From contig OZ251241.1 in the NCBI GenBank assembly GCA_965240325.2, positions 744,001 to 808,000 on the forward strand: DNA of 64,000 bases. Direction: 5' to 3'. Shown one piece after another: positions 1-10,056 of this stretch. The stretch comes from Rebecca billardiae RCC1528 (taxonomy: Eukaryota; Protista; Haptophyta). The position numbers were made by a program, and so were the translations under genes. Each line of letters begins with the position of its first letter. Within the stretch, counting starts at the first letter, position 1. The notes under the pieces are model-generated. The model had not been told where the DNA came from. It saw nothing but the letters and a program-made list of their open reading frames with translations, and did no database searches.

Positions 1-1
1 G

Positions 2-2979
2 CGCATCTTCGTCAAGGCCTCCGGCCGCGCGCCCAGCACGCCGTGCACCGCCGTGAGCGAGGGCAGCGAGACGGCACACTTCCGATCGCACCTGGCCGGC
101 TTTGCGACCGCGGAGGTGCTCGAGGCCGCCGCGGGCCGGCTGAGCGCGGGCGCGGGCGGCGAGAAGGGCGGCGGCGGCGCGGCGTCGTTCGTGCCGCGCT
201 CGCTGGCCTTCGTCGAGCGCGCAGCCGGCGCGACGTTCAGCGGCGGGAGCAAGTCGCCGTCGAGCGCGCGGCGCGGCGCGGCGGGCGGCGCCGAGGCGGG
301 CAGCTCTGCGCTGCGCGTGTGGCGCGTTGCCGCGCGCACGCGCGTGCAGCTCCCGCCTCAGGAGGTCGGCCTGCTGTTCGACCGAGATGCGTATCTCGTG
401 CTCGCGCCGCAGCAGCCGCAGCAGCAGCAGCCCGCTGCGGCGCAGCACGCGGCCGCGACGCAGAGCAGCCGGCAGTCGGCGGGCAGCGCGCGCGGCGGCG
501 GCGCGGTGAGCGGCAAGCCTGCTGCCGCGCCGCCGCAGCCGCCGCCGCGAGCCGCCGCCGCCGCCGCCGCCGCCGGCGGCGCGCGCCACGTCGCCTACCT
601 CTGGCTGGGCGGGAGCGCGCCCGTGGCGACGGCGGTCGCGGCGCGCGCGCACCTCGCCGAGCTCGAGTCGGAGCTCGCCGCGTCGGGCAGCGCGCCGATC
701 TGCGTGCAGGAGGTGCGGCAGGGGTTCGAGCCTTACCACTTTTTGGCGCGGTTTGGCGGCAGGCTCGTCATCCGGAAGGGAGCGCACGCGAACGACGTGC
801 GCGACGCCGCGACCGCCGCCGAGCCGGCCGGCGGCGGCGGTGGCGGCGGCGTCGGCGGGCGCACGGGTAGCGGGGCTGCGCCGAGCGCGCCGGCCGCGCC
901 GACGACCGATCAGCATGGCGGCGCGGCGGAGTCGAAGAAAAAAGGCGGCGGCAGCAACAGCTGGTGGCCGTTCGGCGGCGGAGGCGGCGGCGGACGCGGC
1001 GGCGGCGTGCAGGAGACGGCCATCGTGCCGCCGTTCCTCTCACCGTCTGAGGGCGCAGCCCCGCAGGCGGGCGGCGGCGCGGCGGCGGACGGCGTGGCCG
1101 CCGCGCCGCGCGGCGGCGGGCTCTTTGGCGGCGCCGGCCGGAAGGGTGCCGCGCGCGAGGGCGGCGCGGCCGGCGCGCCGCCGTCGGCTGAGCTGGCGAG
1201 CGCGCAAGTCGCCGTGCCGCAGACGCCCGTGCTGCTGCGCGTGCGCGGCGCGTCGGAGCTCGACGCGTGGGCGGAGGAGGTGGCGTGCGAGCGCGGCGCG
1301 CTCCGCTCGGACGGCTCGTTCATCGTGCGCCCGGGCGGCGGCTTTGGCGAGGCGCCGCCCGCGCGCACGCGCGCCGGCACGCGCGTGCACTCCGCCCACA
1401 CGTGGCTGTGGCACGGCGCGCACGCGCCCTCGCTCGCGCGCGAGGCCGCGCTCGCGCTCGCGAAGGGCGTGCACGCCGCCGCGGCGGAGGAGACGGCGAG
1501 CGGCGGGCGGGTGCAGGAGGTGGAGCAGGGGAGGGAGCCCGATGAGATCTGGGCGCTGCTCGGTGGGCTGAGCACCGGCGGCTCGGCGGCCGAGGCGGGC
1601 GGCGGCGCGGCGGCCGGCGCGCCCTCCGCGGCGTCGTTGCCGCCGCTCTCGCCGCGCCTTTTCGTGCTAGAGCAGTCTGTGCCCGGCGCGGTGGGCGCGG
1701 TGGGCGCCGCGGTCTCCCGAGCGATCGGCGGCGCGACGCCCACCGCGGAGCAGCCCCACCTCAGCGCCAGCCTCGGCCACGCGCACGTCCGCTTCGCCGA
1801 GCTCGCCGAGTTCTCCCGCGCGGACCTCCAGTACGACCAGTGCTACGCACTCGACACGGGCGCGGAGGTGCTCGGCTGGGTCGGGCCGGACGCGAGGTTG
1901 GACGCGCCGCCCGCCGCGCCGCTGCACGCGGGCACCGAGTACGCGCCGCCGCCGAGCACCGCGGGCACGCCGCCCGACGGCCTGGAGGTCGCGATGGCGT
2001 ACGCCGGCGCGGCGCGCGCGCGCGACGGCCGGCCGGACGCGATTGCGATCGGCCGCGTGCGCGCCGGCGCCGAGCCGCCATTCTTCTCGCGGCACATTGA
2101 CGGCAGCGGCAGCGTGCGCGCGCTCGCGCACGCTCCGGCGGGCGGCGCGCCGAGCCGTGAGCTCGACTCGGTCGCGCCGTACGAGGCGGCCCTGCAGCGG
2201 CTGCGCGCGGCCACGTCCGAGGCGGCGGGCGGCGCGAGCCCCCGCGCCACCACCACCTCCGCGGTCGCGCACACCCTCCAGATGTCCATCCAAGTGCGCG
2301 CGCCCGCGCCGCGCGCGCGCGGCGTGCGCGCGAGCGCGCGGCGTGCGCCACGCCGCGGCGCGACCGCAGTCGGACGCCGCGCACCTCGTGCACGCCGCGC
2401 CGCACCCGCGCGCCCCGCCGCCGCCCATCGAGCCCTCGCGCTCTCTCTCTCTCTCTCGAGCGCGCGCGCTGAGCACACGCGCGCCGCCCCCGCCGCCGTC
2501 GCCGCGCGCGCAGGCCGCAGACCGGCTGGCCGCGGCCGGACAGCTGCAGGAGGCGGCCGCGATGGTGGCGGCAGCCATGGAGGCGGCGGCAGCGCAGGAG
2601 AAGCGGGTGCGTGCTGCGGCGCGGCACCAGCACCCGCCGCCGCCGCCCGCGCGTGCGCGCCGAGCGGACCGAGCGCGCCAACACGCCCACGCGCGCACGC
2701 GGCCCGCCCCCCGCTCCGCTCCGCTCCGCTCGGCTCCGCTCGGCGAACGCGCGCCCGCGCCGAGCGCAGGCCACGGACGCCCCGCGTCGCGACGAGTCGG
2801 CGCGCATCCCTTACCGCGTGCTGCGCGCGGGCGCGGTGGCGGGCATCGACAATGGGCGCAAGGAAGCGTACCTCACGGACGAGGAGTTCGCCAAGGAGCT
2901 CGGGATGGGCCGGGAGGCGTTCGACGGGCTGCCGCTGTGGCGCCAGCAGGAGATCAAGCGCAAGGCGGGGCTCTACTGA
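2..2979 (+). CDS. Villin/gelsolin-family actin-binding protein with C-terminal headpiece (5'-partial; exons ..2293, 2514-2606, 2770-2979)
   Basis: Frame is open from base 2. Gelsolin-like segments (LRVWRV...DAYLVL, AYLWLG...EVRQGFEPYHF, LRSDGSFIV...WLWHG...EVEQGREP, DQCYALDTG...WVG...AGAEPPFF). Two GT-AG introns (2294-2513, 2607-2769) join in frame to a villin headpiece RKEAYLTDEEFAKELGMGREAFDGLPLWRQQEIKRKAGLY*. Confidence 0.88.
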
Positions 2980-3335
2980 GAGCGACTAGCCACTGACAAG
3001 CCACGCGCTGGTGGCACCGAGCCTGCGGCCTGCGGGCGAGCGGCTGCTGCCTGAATCGATGCCGACGGCGACAGTCCGATGTGACGCATGCGCCGCCGTA
3101 CGCAGGCAGTAGTGCTGCGCGCCACTCGCGGGTCCTCAGCGGCACACCGGAGCTTGTTACGAGTTGTGCACAGTGCAGCGCTGGGGCTGGTGGTGTGCGG
3201 TGCGCGGGTGCGATCGAGCAGGCCCGCCGGCGCGGTGCGTGCTCCCGTGCAAGGAACTGATGGGGCGAACTCGTGTCCCCAGCCCCAGGAACGACCAAAA
3301 AACGTTTTAAAAAAGGAAAAATACCGTACAGACTG

Positions 3336-3385
3336 TACTATGTTTTAACGTGCACACTTGGTTAAGGCGTGATTGACGCCATCCA
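3336..3385 (+). repeat. 50-bp element, copy A of a long-range inverted repeat pair (partner 63413-63462)
   Basis: TACTATGTTTTAACGTGCACACTTGGTTAAGGCGTGATTGACGCCATCCA matches the reverse complement of 63413-63462 at 48/50 positions. Confidence 0.9.
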
Positions 3386-3461
3386 GTAGCGCGTCCGGGA
3401 AGCTTCCGCTTGGTCGGCCAGTTCGGCCTCCTCGGCTTGGTGGCGGCGGCCGTGAAGCATT

Positions 3462-6400
3462 ATGAGGAACGCCTCGGCGGCGGTGTACCTCGTGGCCAGC
3501 CTGACGTCGTCGCCGACGAGGCTGCACACGCTCGGGCCCACCTTGTCGTCGCTCTCTCCGCCGAGCCAGACGCGCCCTTTTGACGAGATCGTCCTCAACC
3601 TGCCCTCGCCGGCCGGGCAGACCGCGTCGCTGGCCGAGCTGCCGCCGGCCGTCTCGGCGGCGGTGACGGTCAACCGCGTGCCGTACGACTGGGGCCCGGC
3701 GGCGAAGCTCGTGCCGACGGTGCGCTACCTCCTGCAGACGCGGCTGCCCGCCATCGCCGCCGCACTCGAGCTGCCGCCGAGCGGGCGCGAGCAGGAGGCG
3801 TGGCTGCGCACGCACATTGTGCTGCTCGCCGACGACGTCATCTATCCGCCCGGCATGGCGCTCTCGCTGGCGGGATCGGCGGCGCCGTCCGTGTCGGAGG
3901 CGGCGGCGGGCTGGGAGCTGAAGCCACGCACGCTGACCCACCCGCGCGGCTACGCGATCATCGAGGCCCCGCACGGCGCGCCGCTCGACGTGGCCGAGGG
4001 CCGGGCCGGCTGGCGAGTCCCACTCGCGGCGTTTGGGCGCGGCGCGCGCGACGCGGACGCGTTCGAGGCGCGGATGCGCGAGCTGCTGAACGGCACGGAC
4101 GCGAGGGCGAGCGACGACCTCGTCATCTCGGCGTACCTCGCCGAGCGCAACGTCTCGCGCGCGCTGCACCGGACGGAGCGCTTCCGGAAGGCGCTGCTGG
4201 GGCTGCCGGGCGTGGGTAAGCCGGGTAAGCTGGGTAACCCGGGTAACCGGAGTGATGCGCAGAGGAACGGCACGGGGAACGGCGCGCTCACCGGCGGCAA
4301 GGAGCACTGGATGCGCGCGTGGCGCGTGCTCGAGTCGGGCCGGCTGCCCGCGCTGCCCATGCCCGAGCGCTGGGACGTGCTCTGCCCCGCGCAGCTGCGG
4401 CCCGCCGCGCCGCCGGCGTGCCAGCGGCGCACCGGCGCAGAGGACTACCACGTCTGGGGCGAGCGGCACTGCGGCACCAACGCGATCGCCTCGCACGTGC
4501 GGCTCAACTTTGGCGCGCCCGGGCCGTACATGATGGAGACGCACACGCACATGTGGGTCTCGGAGGACGCCGCCGACCTGCGCGCCATGGTGGCGAGGAT
4601 GGCGCGCGTGCACGCGCGCGGGCTGCCGGCGATCATCATGGTCCGCGAGCCCGTGCAGTGGCTGCTGCAGATGCACCGGGAGCCGCAGCACGCGCCGTGG
4701 CTGGCGGGCAAGGGGGGCTTCCTCGAGTTCCTGCAGGCCGAGTGGCGCTCGTGGTTCCCGCGCAAGGCGCGCGAGCACTGCGCGGCGCTCGGCCTCATCC
4801 CGAACAGCTCGGTGCCCGCCGCGGCTCTGGAGGCGCTGAAGCCGGAGCAGCAGCGCGCGTGCGCGGTGCGCGAGTTCGCCTCCATCATGGCGCTGCGCTC
4901 GACGAAGCTGCGGCTGTGGGCGCAGGCGTTCGAGCTCGTGCCGGCGGACGAGCAGACGCGGCGCGAGCGGCTCGTGCACACGGTGAGCCGCCGCGCCGTG
5001 CCCGGCAGCGGCCGCGTGCTCGTGCTCCGCTTTGAAGACATGGTCGCGCGCGAGGCGGAGCTGCCGTGCATGCTCGCCCACCACCTGGGCGCGTGCCCGC
5101 TGCGCGCGTACGCGCGCGTGCCCAACGGGCTGGTCGGGCCGGCCGGGGCGGAGGTGCCGCCGGAGACCCTCGCGGAGAAGCTCGAGCGCGTGGCGCGCAC
5201 GACGCTCGAGCCGTGCGCCCACCTCAACACCACGGGCGCGCGCGCGTTCCGTACGATCCTTGGAGGGCTGGACTGGGCTATGGAGGCACTCTATGGGTAC
5301 GCGCCCGAGGGTGCGTACCGGCGCTGCCTGGGCGAGGCCGAGCCGCGGCGCGCGCACGCCGTGCGCCCGCCCAAGCCCGAGCCGCGCCCGCCGGCCGAGC
5401 CCACGCCCAAGCCCGCGCCCACGCCCAAGCCCTCGGCCGAGCCGCGCGAGCTGCACGCCGCGGAGGCGCAGCGGCTGGGCTCCAACTGCCCGGCTCAGCT
5501 CGTGCGCGCCGCGCCGCGCATGTGCCGCCCGCTGCGCGGGGCGCAGCGGTACCTCCTGCTCGGCGAGCGGCTCGCTGGCGCCGACACGGTGGAGCAGCTG
5601 ATGCGCTACAACTTTGCGACGATCATACCCGCGCACAGGGCCGAGTTCGGCCAGACGTGGACCGCAGACGAGCCGGCCGCGCTCGCGCGCACGAGCGCGC
5701 AGCTGCGCGCGCTGCGCGCGGGCGGACTGCCGACGATCGTGCTGGTGCGCGAGCCGGTGCAGTGGCTGCTGGAGCTGCACCACCACCCGGAGCACGCGCC
5801 GTGGATGCGCCGCGTCTCGATGCGCATGTTCGTCTCGACGGAGTGGCGCTCCCTGCAGCTGCCGGGCGCGCTCGAGCGGTGCGCCGCGCTCGGGCTCATC
5901 GCCAACGCGAGCGTGCCGATGGCGGCGGTGCACGCGCTGCCGCCCGAGCAGCAGCGGCGATGCGCGGTGCACGCGTTCGCGTCGCCGATCGCGATGCGCA
6001 CCGCGCAGCTGCGCCTGCTGCGCGACGCGTTCGGCCTCGAGCCCGCCGACGAGCGCACCCGCACCGAGCAGCTCGTGCACACCACTGTGAGCGCGCGCCA
6101 GCCCGGCCCGGCCGGCGCGCCCGTCCTCGTCCTGCGGTACGAGGACCTGGTGGCGCGCCCGCAGCACGCGCCGTGCGTGCTCGCGCGCCACCTGGGCGGG
6201 TGCCCGACGCGCACGTTCCCGTACACGCTGTCGCTCGGCGGCGCCGCCGCGCCCACCGAGCACTGGCCCAAGCGGCGCGGGCCCAAGTACCCGGCCTCCG
6301 TCGACCCGTGCCCGCACGCCTCCCGGATGCCGCCGGAGACCTTCCGGCACATCGTGGGCGCCCTCGACTGGGAGCTCGAGGCTGTGTTTGGGTACGGCGG

Positions 6401-6617
6401 CGAGGGCGCGTACCGCGCATGCGCGGTGCGCGGCGCGCCGTCCTCCCCGTCGGAGCGTGCCGCCCGGAGCGCGCAGCCCGCGCAGCGGGGCGAGGCTCCT
6501 AGCAGCGGCAGCCACATGAATCGCAGGCGGGAGGACAAGCCGTTCCTCGCCAAGCCGCCGCTGTTCGGCTTACGGCCGGGCGCGTTGCTGGAGGACGTCC
6601 TTGACAACTCGCGATGA
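3462..6617 (+). CDS. Glycosyltransferase-like domain fused to two tandem sulfotransferase-like domains (1051 aa)
   Basis: N-terminal ASLTSSPTRL, DWGPAAKL, LADDVIYP (DxD-like) and SDDLVISAYL. Then two homologous domains: GERHCGTN / GERLAGAD (PAPS 5'-loop-like), VREPVQWL twice, LRFEDM / LRYEDL, separated by a PKPEP linker. Confidence 0.7.
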   Translation: MRNASAAVYLVASLTSSPTRLHTLGPTLSSLSPPSQTRPFDEIVLNLPSPAGQTASLAELPPAVSAAVTVNRVPYDWGPAAKLVPTVRYLLQTRLPAIAAALELPPSGREQEAWLRTHIVLLADDVIYPPGMALSLAGSAAPSVSEAAAGWELKPRTLTHPRGYAIIEAPHGAPLDVAEGRAGWRVPLAAFGRGARDADAFEARMRELLNGTDARASDDLVISAYLAERNVSRALHRTERFRKALLGLPGVGKPGKLGNPGNRSDAQRNGTGNGALTGGKEHWMRAWRVLESGRLPALPMPERWDVLCPAQLRPAAPPACQRRTGAEDYHVWGERHCGTNAIASHVRLNFGAPGPYMMETHTHMWVSEDAADLRAMVARMARVHARGLPAIIMVREPVQWLLQMHREPQHAPWLAGKGGFLEFLQAEWRSWFPRKAREHCAALGLIPNSSVPAAALEALKPEQQRACAVREFASIMALRSTKLRLWAQAFELVPADEQTRRERLVHTVSRRAVPGSGRVLVLRFEDMVAREAELPCMLAHHLGACPLRAYARVPNGLVGPAGAEVPPETLAEKLERVARTTLEPCAHLNTTGARAFRTILGGLDWAMEALYGYAPEGAYRRCLGEAEPRRAHAVRPPKPEPRPPAEPTPKPAPTPKPSAEPRELHAAEAQRLGSNCPAQLVRAAPRMCRPLRGAQRYLLLGERLAGADTVEQLMRYNFATIIPAHRAEFGQTWTADEPAALARTSAQLRALRAGGLPTIVLVREPVQWLLELHHHPEHAPWMRRVSMRMFVSTEWRSLQLPGALERCAALGLIANASVPMAAVHALPPEQQRRCAVHAFASPIAMRTAQLRLLRDAFGLEPADERTRTEQLVHTTVSARQPGPAGAPVLVLRYEDLVARPQHAPCVLARHLGGCPTRTFPYTLSLGGAAAPTEHWPKRRGPKYPASVDPCPHASRMPPETFRHIVGALDWELEAVFGYGGEGAYRACAVRGAPSSPSERAARSAQPAQRGEAPSSGSHMNRRREDKPFLAKPPLFGLRPGALLEDVLDNSR

Positions 6618-6711
6618 CGGCGGGGCCGGGGCGGGTGAGTGTCACAGTCGCTGTGTCGGACGACGAGTTTATAGACGGCGCTAGTCGTGCCGGCGGAGGC
6701 GCGCCGCATCA

Positions 6712-6746
6712 GCATATATGTATACGTAGTACGTATATATATATGC
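6712..6746. other. AT-rich near-perfect palindrome between convergent 3' ends
   Basis: GCATATATGTATACGTA-G-TACGTATATATATATGC: 17-nt arms with one mismatch. Confidence 0.6.
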
Positions 6747-6831
6747 GCGGTGTCGCGGCATCAGCAGAGTCACGACGGCCCTCTCCGCCTATCTACTAGT
6801 ACTACTAGTTACGCCCGCGGTCGTCCGACGT

Positions 6832-8592
6832 TCACACCGAGCGGGCACTCACTGCTGCCGTCACTGCATGCGCAGTGCCGCAGTCATGATGAGTGCCAGC
6901 GCGCCTCGACGAGGGGCTCTGCGGTCGCGGGATGAGCCTGGCCTGTGCGAAGAGCCGCTCGACGAGCGGCACGAGCGCCTCGAGCGGCGGCGGCGGGTTG
7001 CGCGCCGGCGGCACGCTCGGCAGCTCGACGGTCGGCGCGAGCGGGAGCGCGGTCGCGCACGGGTCGCAATCGAGCATGTGTGTGTATTCATACGACGCGG
7101 ACCAGACGCGCCTGCGCCGCTCGCTCTGGGCGGGCGCGGCCGCGCGCTGGCGCGAGTATGTGTTGCGCCACAGGATGCTGCGCGCGTAGCCGTCCTCGCG
7201 CCGCCCAAAGTAGCGCAGCCCGCGCAGGTAGCTCGCCCACGCGGCGAGCCGGCCGCCGCGCAGCCCTCCGAGCCCGCGCGCGAGGCAGTGCGACAGGGAG
7301 AAGTGCGCGCCGCAGCAGCCGTGCACGTCTGCCGCCCTGGCGATGAGCGCGACGCCGAGCGGCTGGTGCACCGCGACGCCGAGCTCGCCGCACAGGATCA
7401 CGCAGCCGCACCACCACAGCGCGTGCGCGTGGTCGTGCTGCAGCGCGCGCACGAACGCGCACGCCGCGCCCGAGGCCGAGATGGGGTACTCCGAGTCCGC
7501 GTCGAGCCCGCGCCCGACCGATCTGTAGATGAGCGCGCCCTCGCACGCGTGCGCGTCCGCGCGGTCGCGCTCGCTCCACGTGCCGTCGGTAGGGTGGTCG
7601 AGCGCGCGCCCGACGAGCTCGCGGCACAGCCCGTGGTGCTCGTCGAAGATGTCCTCCTCCTCGCGGAGCATCCCCCGCACGAAAGCGAGCGCGGTGCGCG
7701 GGTTGCCCCGGCGCGCGGCCGCGAGCAGCAGCGCCCAGCCCATCGTCTGCTCATGCACGGCCTTGAGGCCGATCGGCGCGCCCTCGAACGAGCGCACGAC
7801 GGTGTCGATGGTCGGCCCGGCGCTGTCCAGCGACGGGTCCAGCGCGCACTCCACCGCGTACCCGGAGACCATCGCCAGCGCCATGCCCTCGCGGCGCGTC
7901 CTGTCCAGCCACGCCCGGAGCGCGCGCCGCTCCTCGTACGGCCTCCGGTCCGCGCTGAGCACGTCGTCGCTCAGCCACCACCACGGCGGGAGCTCCTCGG
8001 TGATGAGCGCGTCGAGCGGCGAGATGTCGAGCACTGAGCTCTTGGCCACGTCGAGCCGGCTCATCACGCTCACCGCCGCCGCGAGCCTGAGCGGCTTCAG
8101 GTTGTGCGCGACGTCGTCGGCCGACGCCCAGTCGAGGCCCGGCCCCACCCAGCCGTAGTGGTGAGAGTCTGAAAGCCGCTCGGCGAGCTCGACGAGCGAG
8201 GCGTCGCAGCCGCGGGCGCAGCGCGCGAAGAGGCGGCGCAGCTCCCAGATCGCGAGCTGCGTCACGCCCCAGATGAGCAAACTCACCGGGCCGACCAGCG
8301 CGACGAGCGCGCAGAGTGCGTACACGAGCCAGCTGGCCGCCCAGCCGAGCAGCGCGACGGCCTCGTGCACGAGCGCCCAGAGCGGGGCGAGCACCCAGCT
8401 GTGGGCGCGCGCGCACGCGCCCGAGAGGATCGTGCCGAGCAGCCAGTGCAACCCGTCGCTCGCCCGCAGCCACAGCTTGATCAGGTGGACGAATGGCATC
8501 AGCGGCGCGTGCACTGGCACGCCCGCGGCGCTCAGCGCGGCCGTCAGCCCGGCGCCGGCGGCGACGAGGCCCCACGGGCCGAGCGCCTCCAT
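6832..8592 (-). CDS. Hypothetical membrane protein with Sel1-like repeats
   Basis: Long ORF with host-like codon usage, likely start MEALGPWG. Hydrophobic N-terminal segments. C-terminal HALWWCGCVILCGELGV...GVALIARAADVHGCCGAHFSLSHCLARGLGG resembles Sel1 repeats. Confidence 0.55.
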   Translation of the reverse strand: MEALGPWGLVAAGAGLTAALSAAGVPVHAPLMPFVHLIKLWLRASDGLHWLLGTILSGACARAHSWVLAPLWALVHEAVALLGWAASWLVYALCALVALVGPVSLLIWGVTQLAIWELRRLFARCARGCDASLVELAERLSDSHHYGWVGPGLDWASADDVAHNLKPLRLAAAVSVMSRLDVAKSSVLDISPLDALITEELPPWWWLSDDVLSADRRPYEERRALRAWLDRTRREGMALAMVSGYAVECALDPSLDSAGPTIDTVVRSFEGAPIGLKAVHEQTMGWALLLAAARRGNPRTALAFVRGMLREEEDIFDEHHGLCRELVGRALDHPTDGTWSERDRADAHACEGALIYRSVGRGLDADSEYPISASGAACAFVRALQHDHAHALWWCGCVILCGELGVAVHQPLGVALIARAADVHGCCGAHFSLSHCLARGLGGLRGGRLAAWASYLRGLRYFGRREDGYARSILWRNTYSRQRAAAPAQSERRRRVWSASYEYTHMLDCDPCATALPLAPTVELPSVPPARNPPPPLEALVPLVERLFAQARLIPRPQSPSSRRAGTHHDCGTAHAVTAAVSARSV

Positions 8593-8796
8593 CAGAGGCG
8601 CGCTCAGCTCGATGCGGCGGGTATCGTACAGAGATCTGCCCGGCCGAGCCGCGATGCGCACTCGCACGCACGAGGTCACCACGGCCCTGACGCGGCGCGG
8701 GTCCTCCGTGCTCCGACCTTTGCGCGCCGCGAGTTCCCACCCGCAGAACGGCGGTTGCCGTCCGGGTGGCGGCGGGAGCTCTGCGCAAGCCCAACG

Positions 8797-9778
8797 GAGC
8801 GTTGCGCCAGCTGGACAAACGCGAGGACGCTAGCTTTCGTAGATCACGAAGCTACGGAGGGCCTCTGACGAGAGTCGCCTTCGGATCGGGGCCCTCTCCC
8901 GCTGTGCCGCATCGGCGCACGCTCGGTGGGCTACGTTTGCGCACGCCGTGCAGCTCGCGGTGCGTGCGCGTCGGCTAGCTGGCACACTGCTCCTGACGCA
9001 CAAGTCGAATGACCGCAGCTGGGATGCCCTTTCGCGCGGCAAGGACGCGTGCGAGGCCGGTCGCTGCGGCCGAGCGGCGTGACCGTGCCGCCTGCACGCT
9101 GGGCGCCCATGGACGTGGCTTCGCCGCGCGCGCTGAGGCTGGCGAGCGTCGCGACCGAGTTCCACGACGCGTGCGACGCGCCATCTGCCCGCTTCCGTGC
9201 CTCCGACGCACGTTTTATGCGGGCAACGGCCATCGCCCGCCCATGCGGCGGCGAAGCCGCCATCCGCCGCGCTTTGCCGTTGGACACAGAGCGTTGCGCC
9301 AGCTGGACAAACGCGAGGACGCTAGCTTTCGTAGATCACGAAGCTACGGAGGGCCTCTGACGAGAGTCGCCTTCGGATCGGGGCCCTCTCCCGCTGTGCC
9401 GCATCGGCGCACGCTCGGTGGGCTACGTTTGCGCACGCCGTGCAGCTCGCGGTGCGTGCGCGTCGGCTAGCTGGCACACTGCTCCTGACGCACAAGTCGA
9501 ATGACCGCAGCTGGGATGCCCTTTCGCGCGGCAAGGACGCGTGCGAGGCCGGTCGCTGCGGCCGAGCGGCGTGACCGTGCCGCCTGCACGCTGGGCGCCC
9601 ATGGACGTGGCTTCGCCGCGCGCGCTGAGGCTGGCGAGCGTCGCGACCGAGTTCCACGACGCGTGCGACGCGCCATCTGCCCGCTTCCGTGCCTCCGACG
9701 CACGTTTTATGCGGGCAACGGCCATCGCCCGCCCATGCGGCGGCGAAGCCGCCATCCGCCGCGCTTTGCCGTTGGACA
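8797..9778 (+). repeat. Tandem duplication, 492-bp unit x2 (essentially identical)
   Basis: GAGCGTTGCGCCAG... starts at 8797 and at 9289; the ORF track shows the same peptides repeated at +492. Confidence 0.95.
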
Positions 9779-9934
9779 GAGCGCAGAACATTTCGTTTTG
9801 AAAAGCGCAGATCTGAAAAGACCGGAGGGCGTTTGTCCAGCTGGCGCAACGCCCCTGAGCGCAGAACATTTCGTTTTGAAAAGCGCAGATCTGAAAAGAC
9901 CGGAAGGCGTTTGTCCAGCTAGCGCAACGCCCCT
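9779..9934 (+). repeat. Tandem duplication, 78-bp unit x2
   Basis: GAGCGCAGAACATTTCGTTTTGAAAAGCG...CGCAACGCCCCT starts at 9779 and at 9857, with about 2 mismatches. Confidence 0.95.
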
Positions 9935-10056
9935 GGGCAACACGGGCACAACTGTCACAAGAGCCGCTGCGGATCCACAGGCGGCAAGACATTGACATTC
10001 TCAACTCTGACAGGCGGAAGTCTCAACGTCGTGGCTACGGTAGGACTTCAGCGCCT

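Larger units (their letters stand above)
8795..9935. mobile_element. Non-autonomous TIR (MITE-like) element with internally duplicated left and right parts
   Basis: 24-bp GCGTTGCGCCAGCTGGACAAACGC at 8799-8822 and 9291-9314; its reverse complement at 9829-9852 (perfect) and 9907-9930 (one mismatch). No transposase, and no clear TSD. Confidence 0.65.

Noticed and set aside
3355-3385. TTGGTTAAGGCG resembles a tRNA-Leu/Ser D-arm
   Set aside because: No acceptor stem, T-loop (GTTCRA) or cloverleaf around it.
4215-4262. GGTAAG 9-nt microrepeats as a cryptic intron in the GT-sulfotransferase gene
   Set aside because: The phase-1 donors and the CAG at 4260-4262 are out of phase; the frame is open without splicing (GKP-GKL-GNP-GNR linker).
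6790-6812. CTACTAGTACT (also near 60414) as Helitron 3' ends
   Set aside because: No upstream GC hairpin or shared flanking homology.
8797-9934. Recurrent 24-bp motif as a CRISPR-like array
   Set aside because: Intervening sequences are identical duplications and the motif occurs in both orientations; eukaryotic context, no cas genes.
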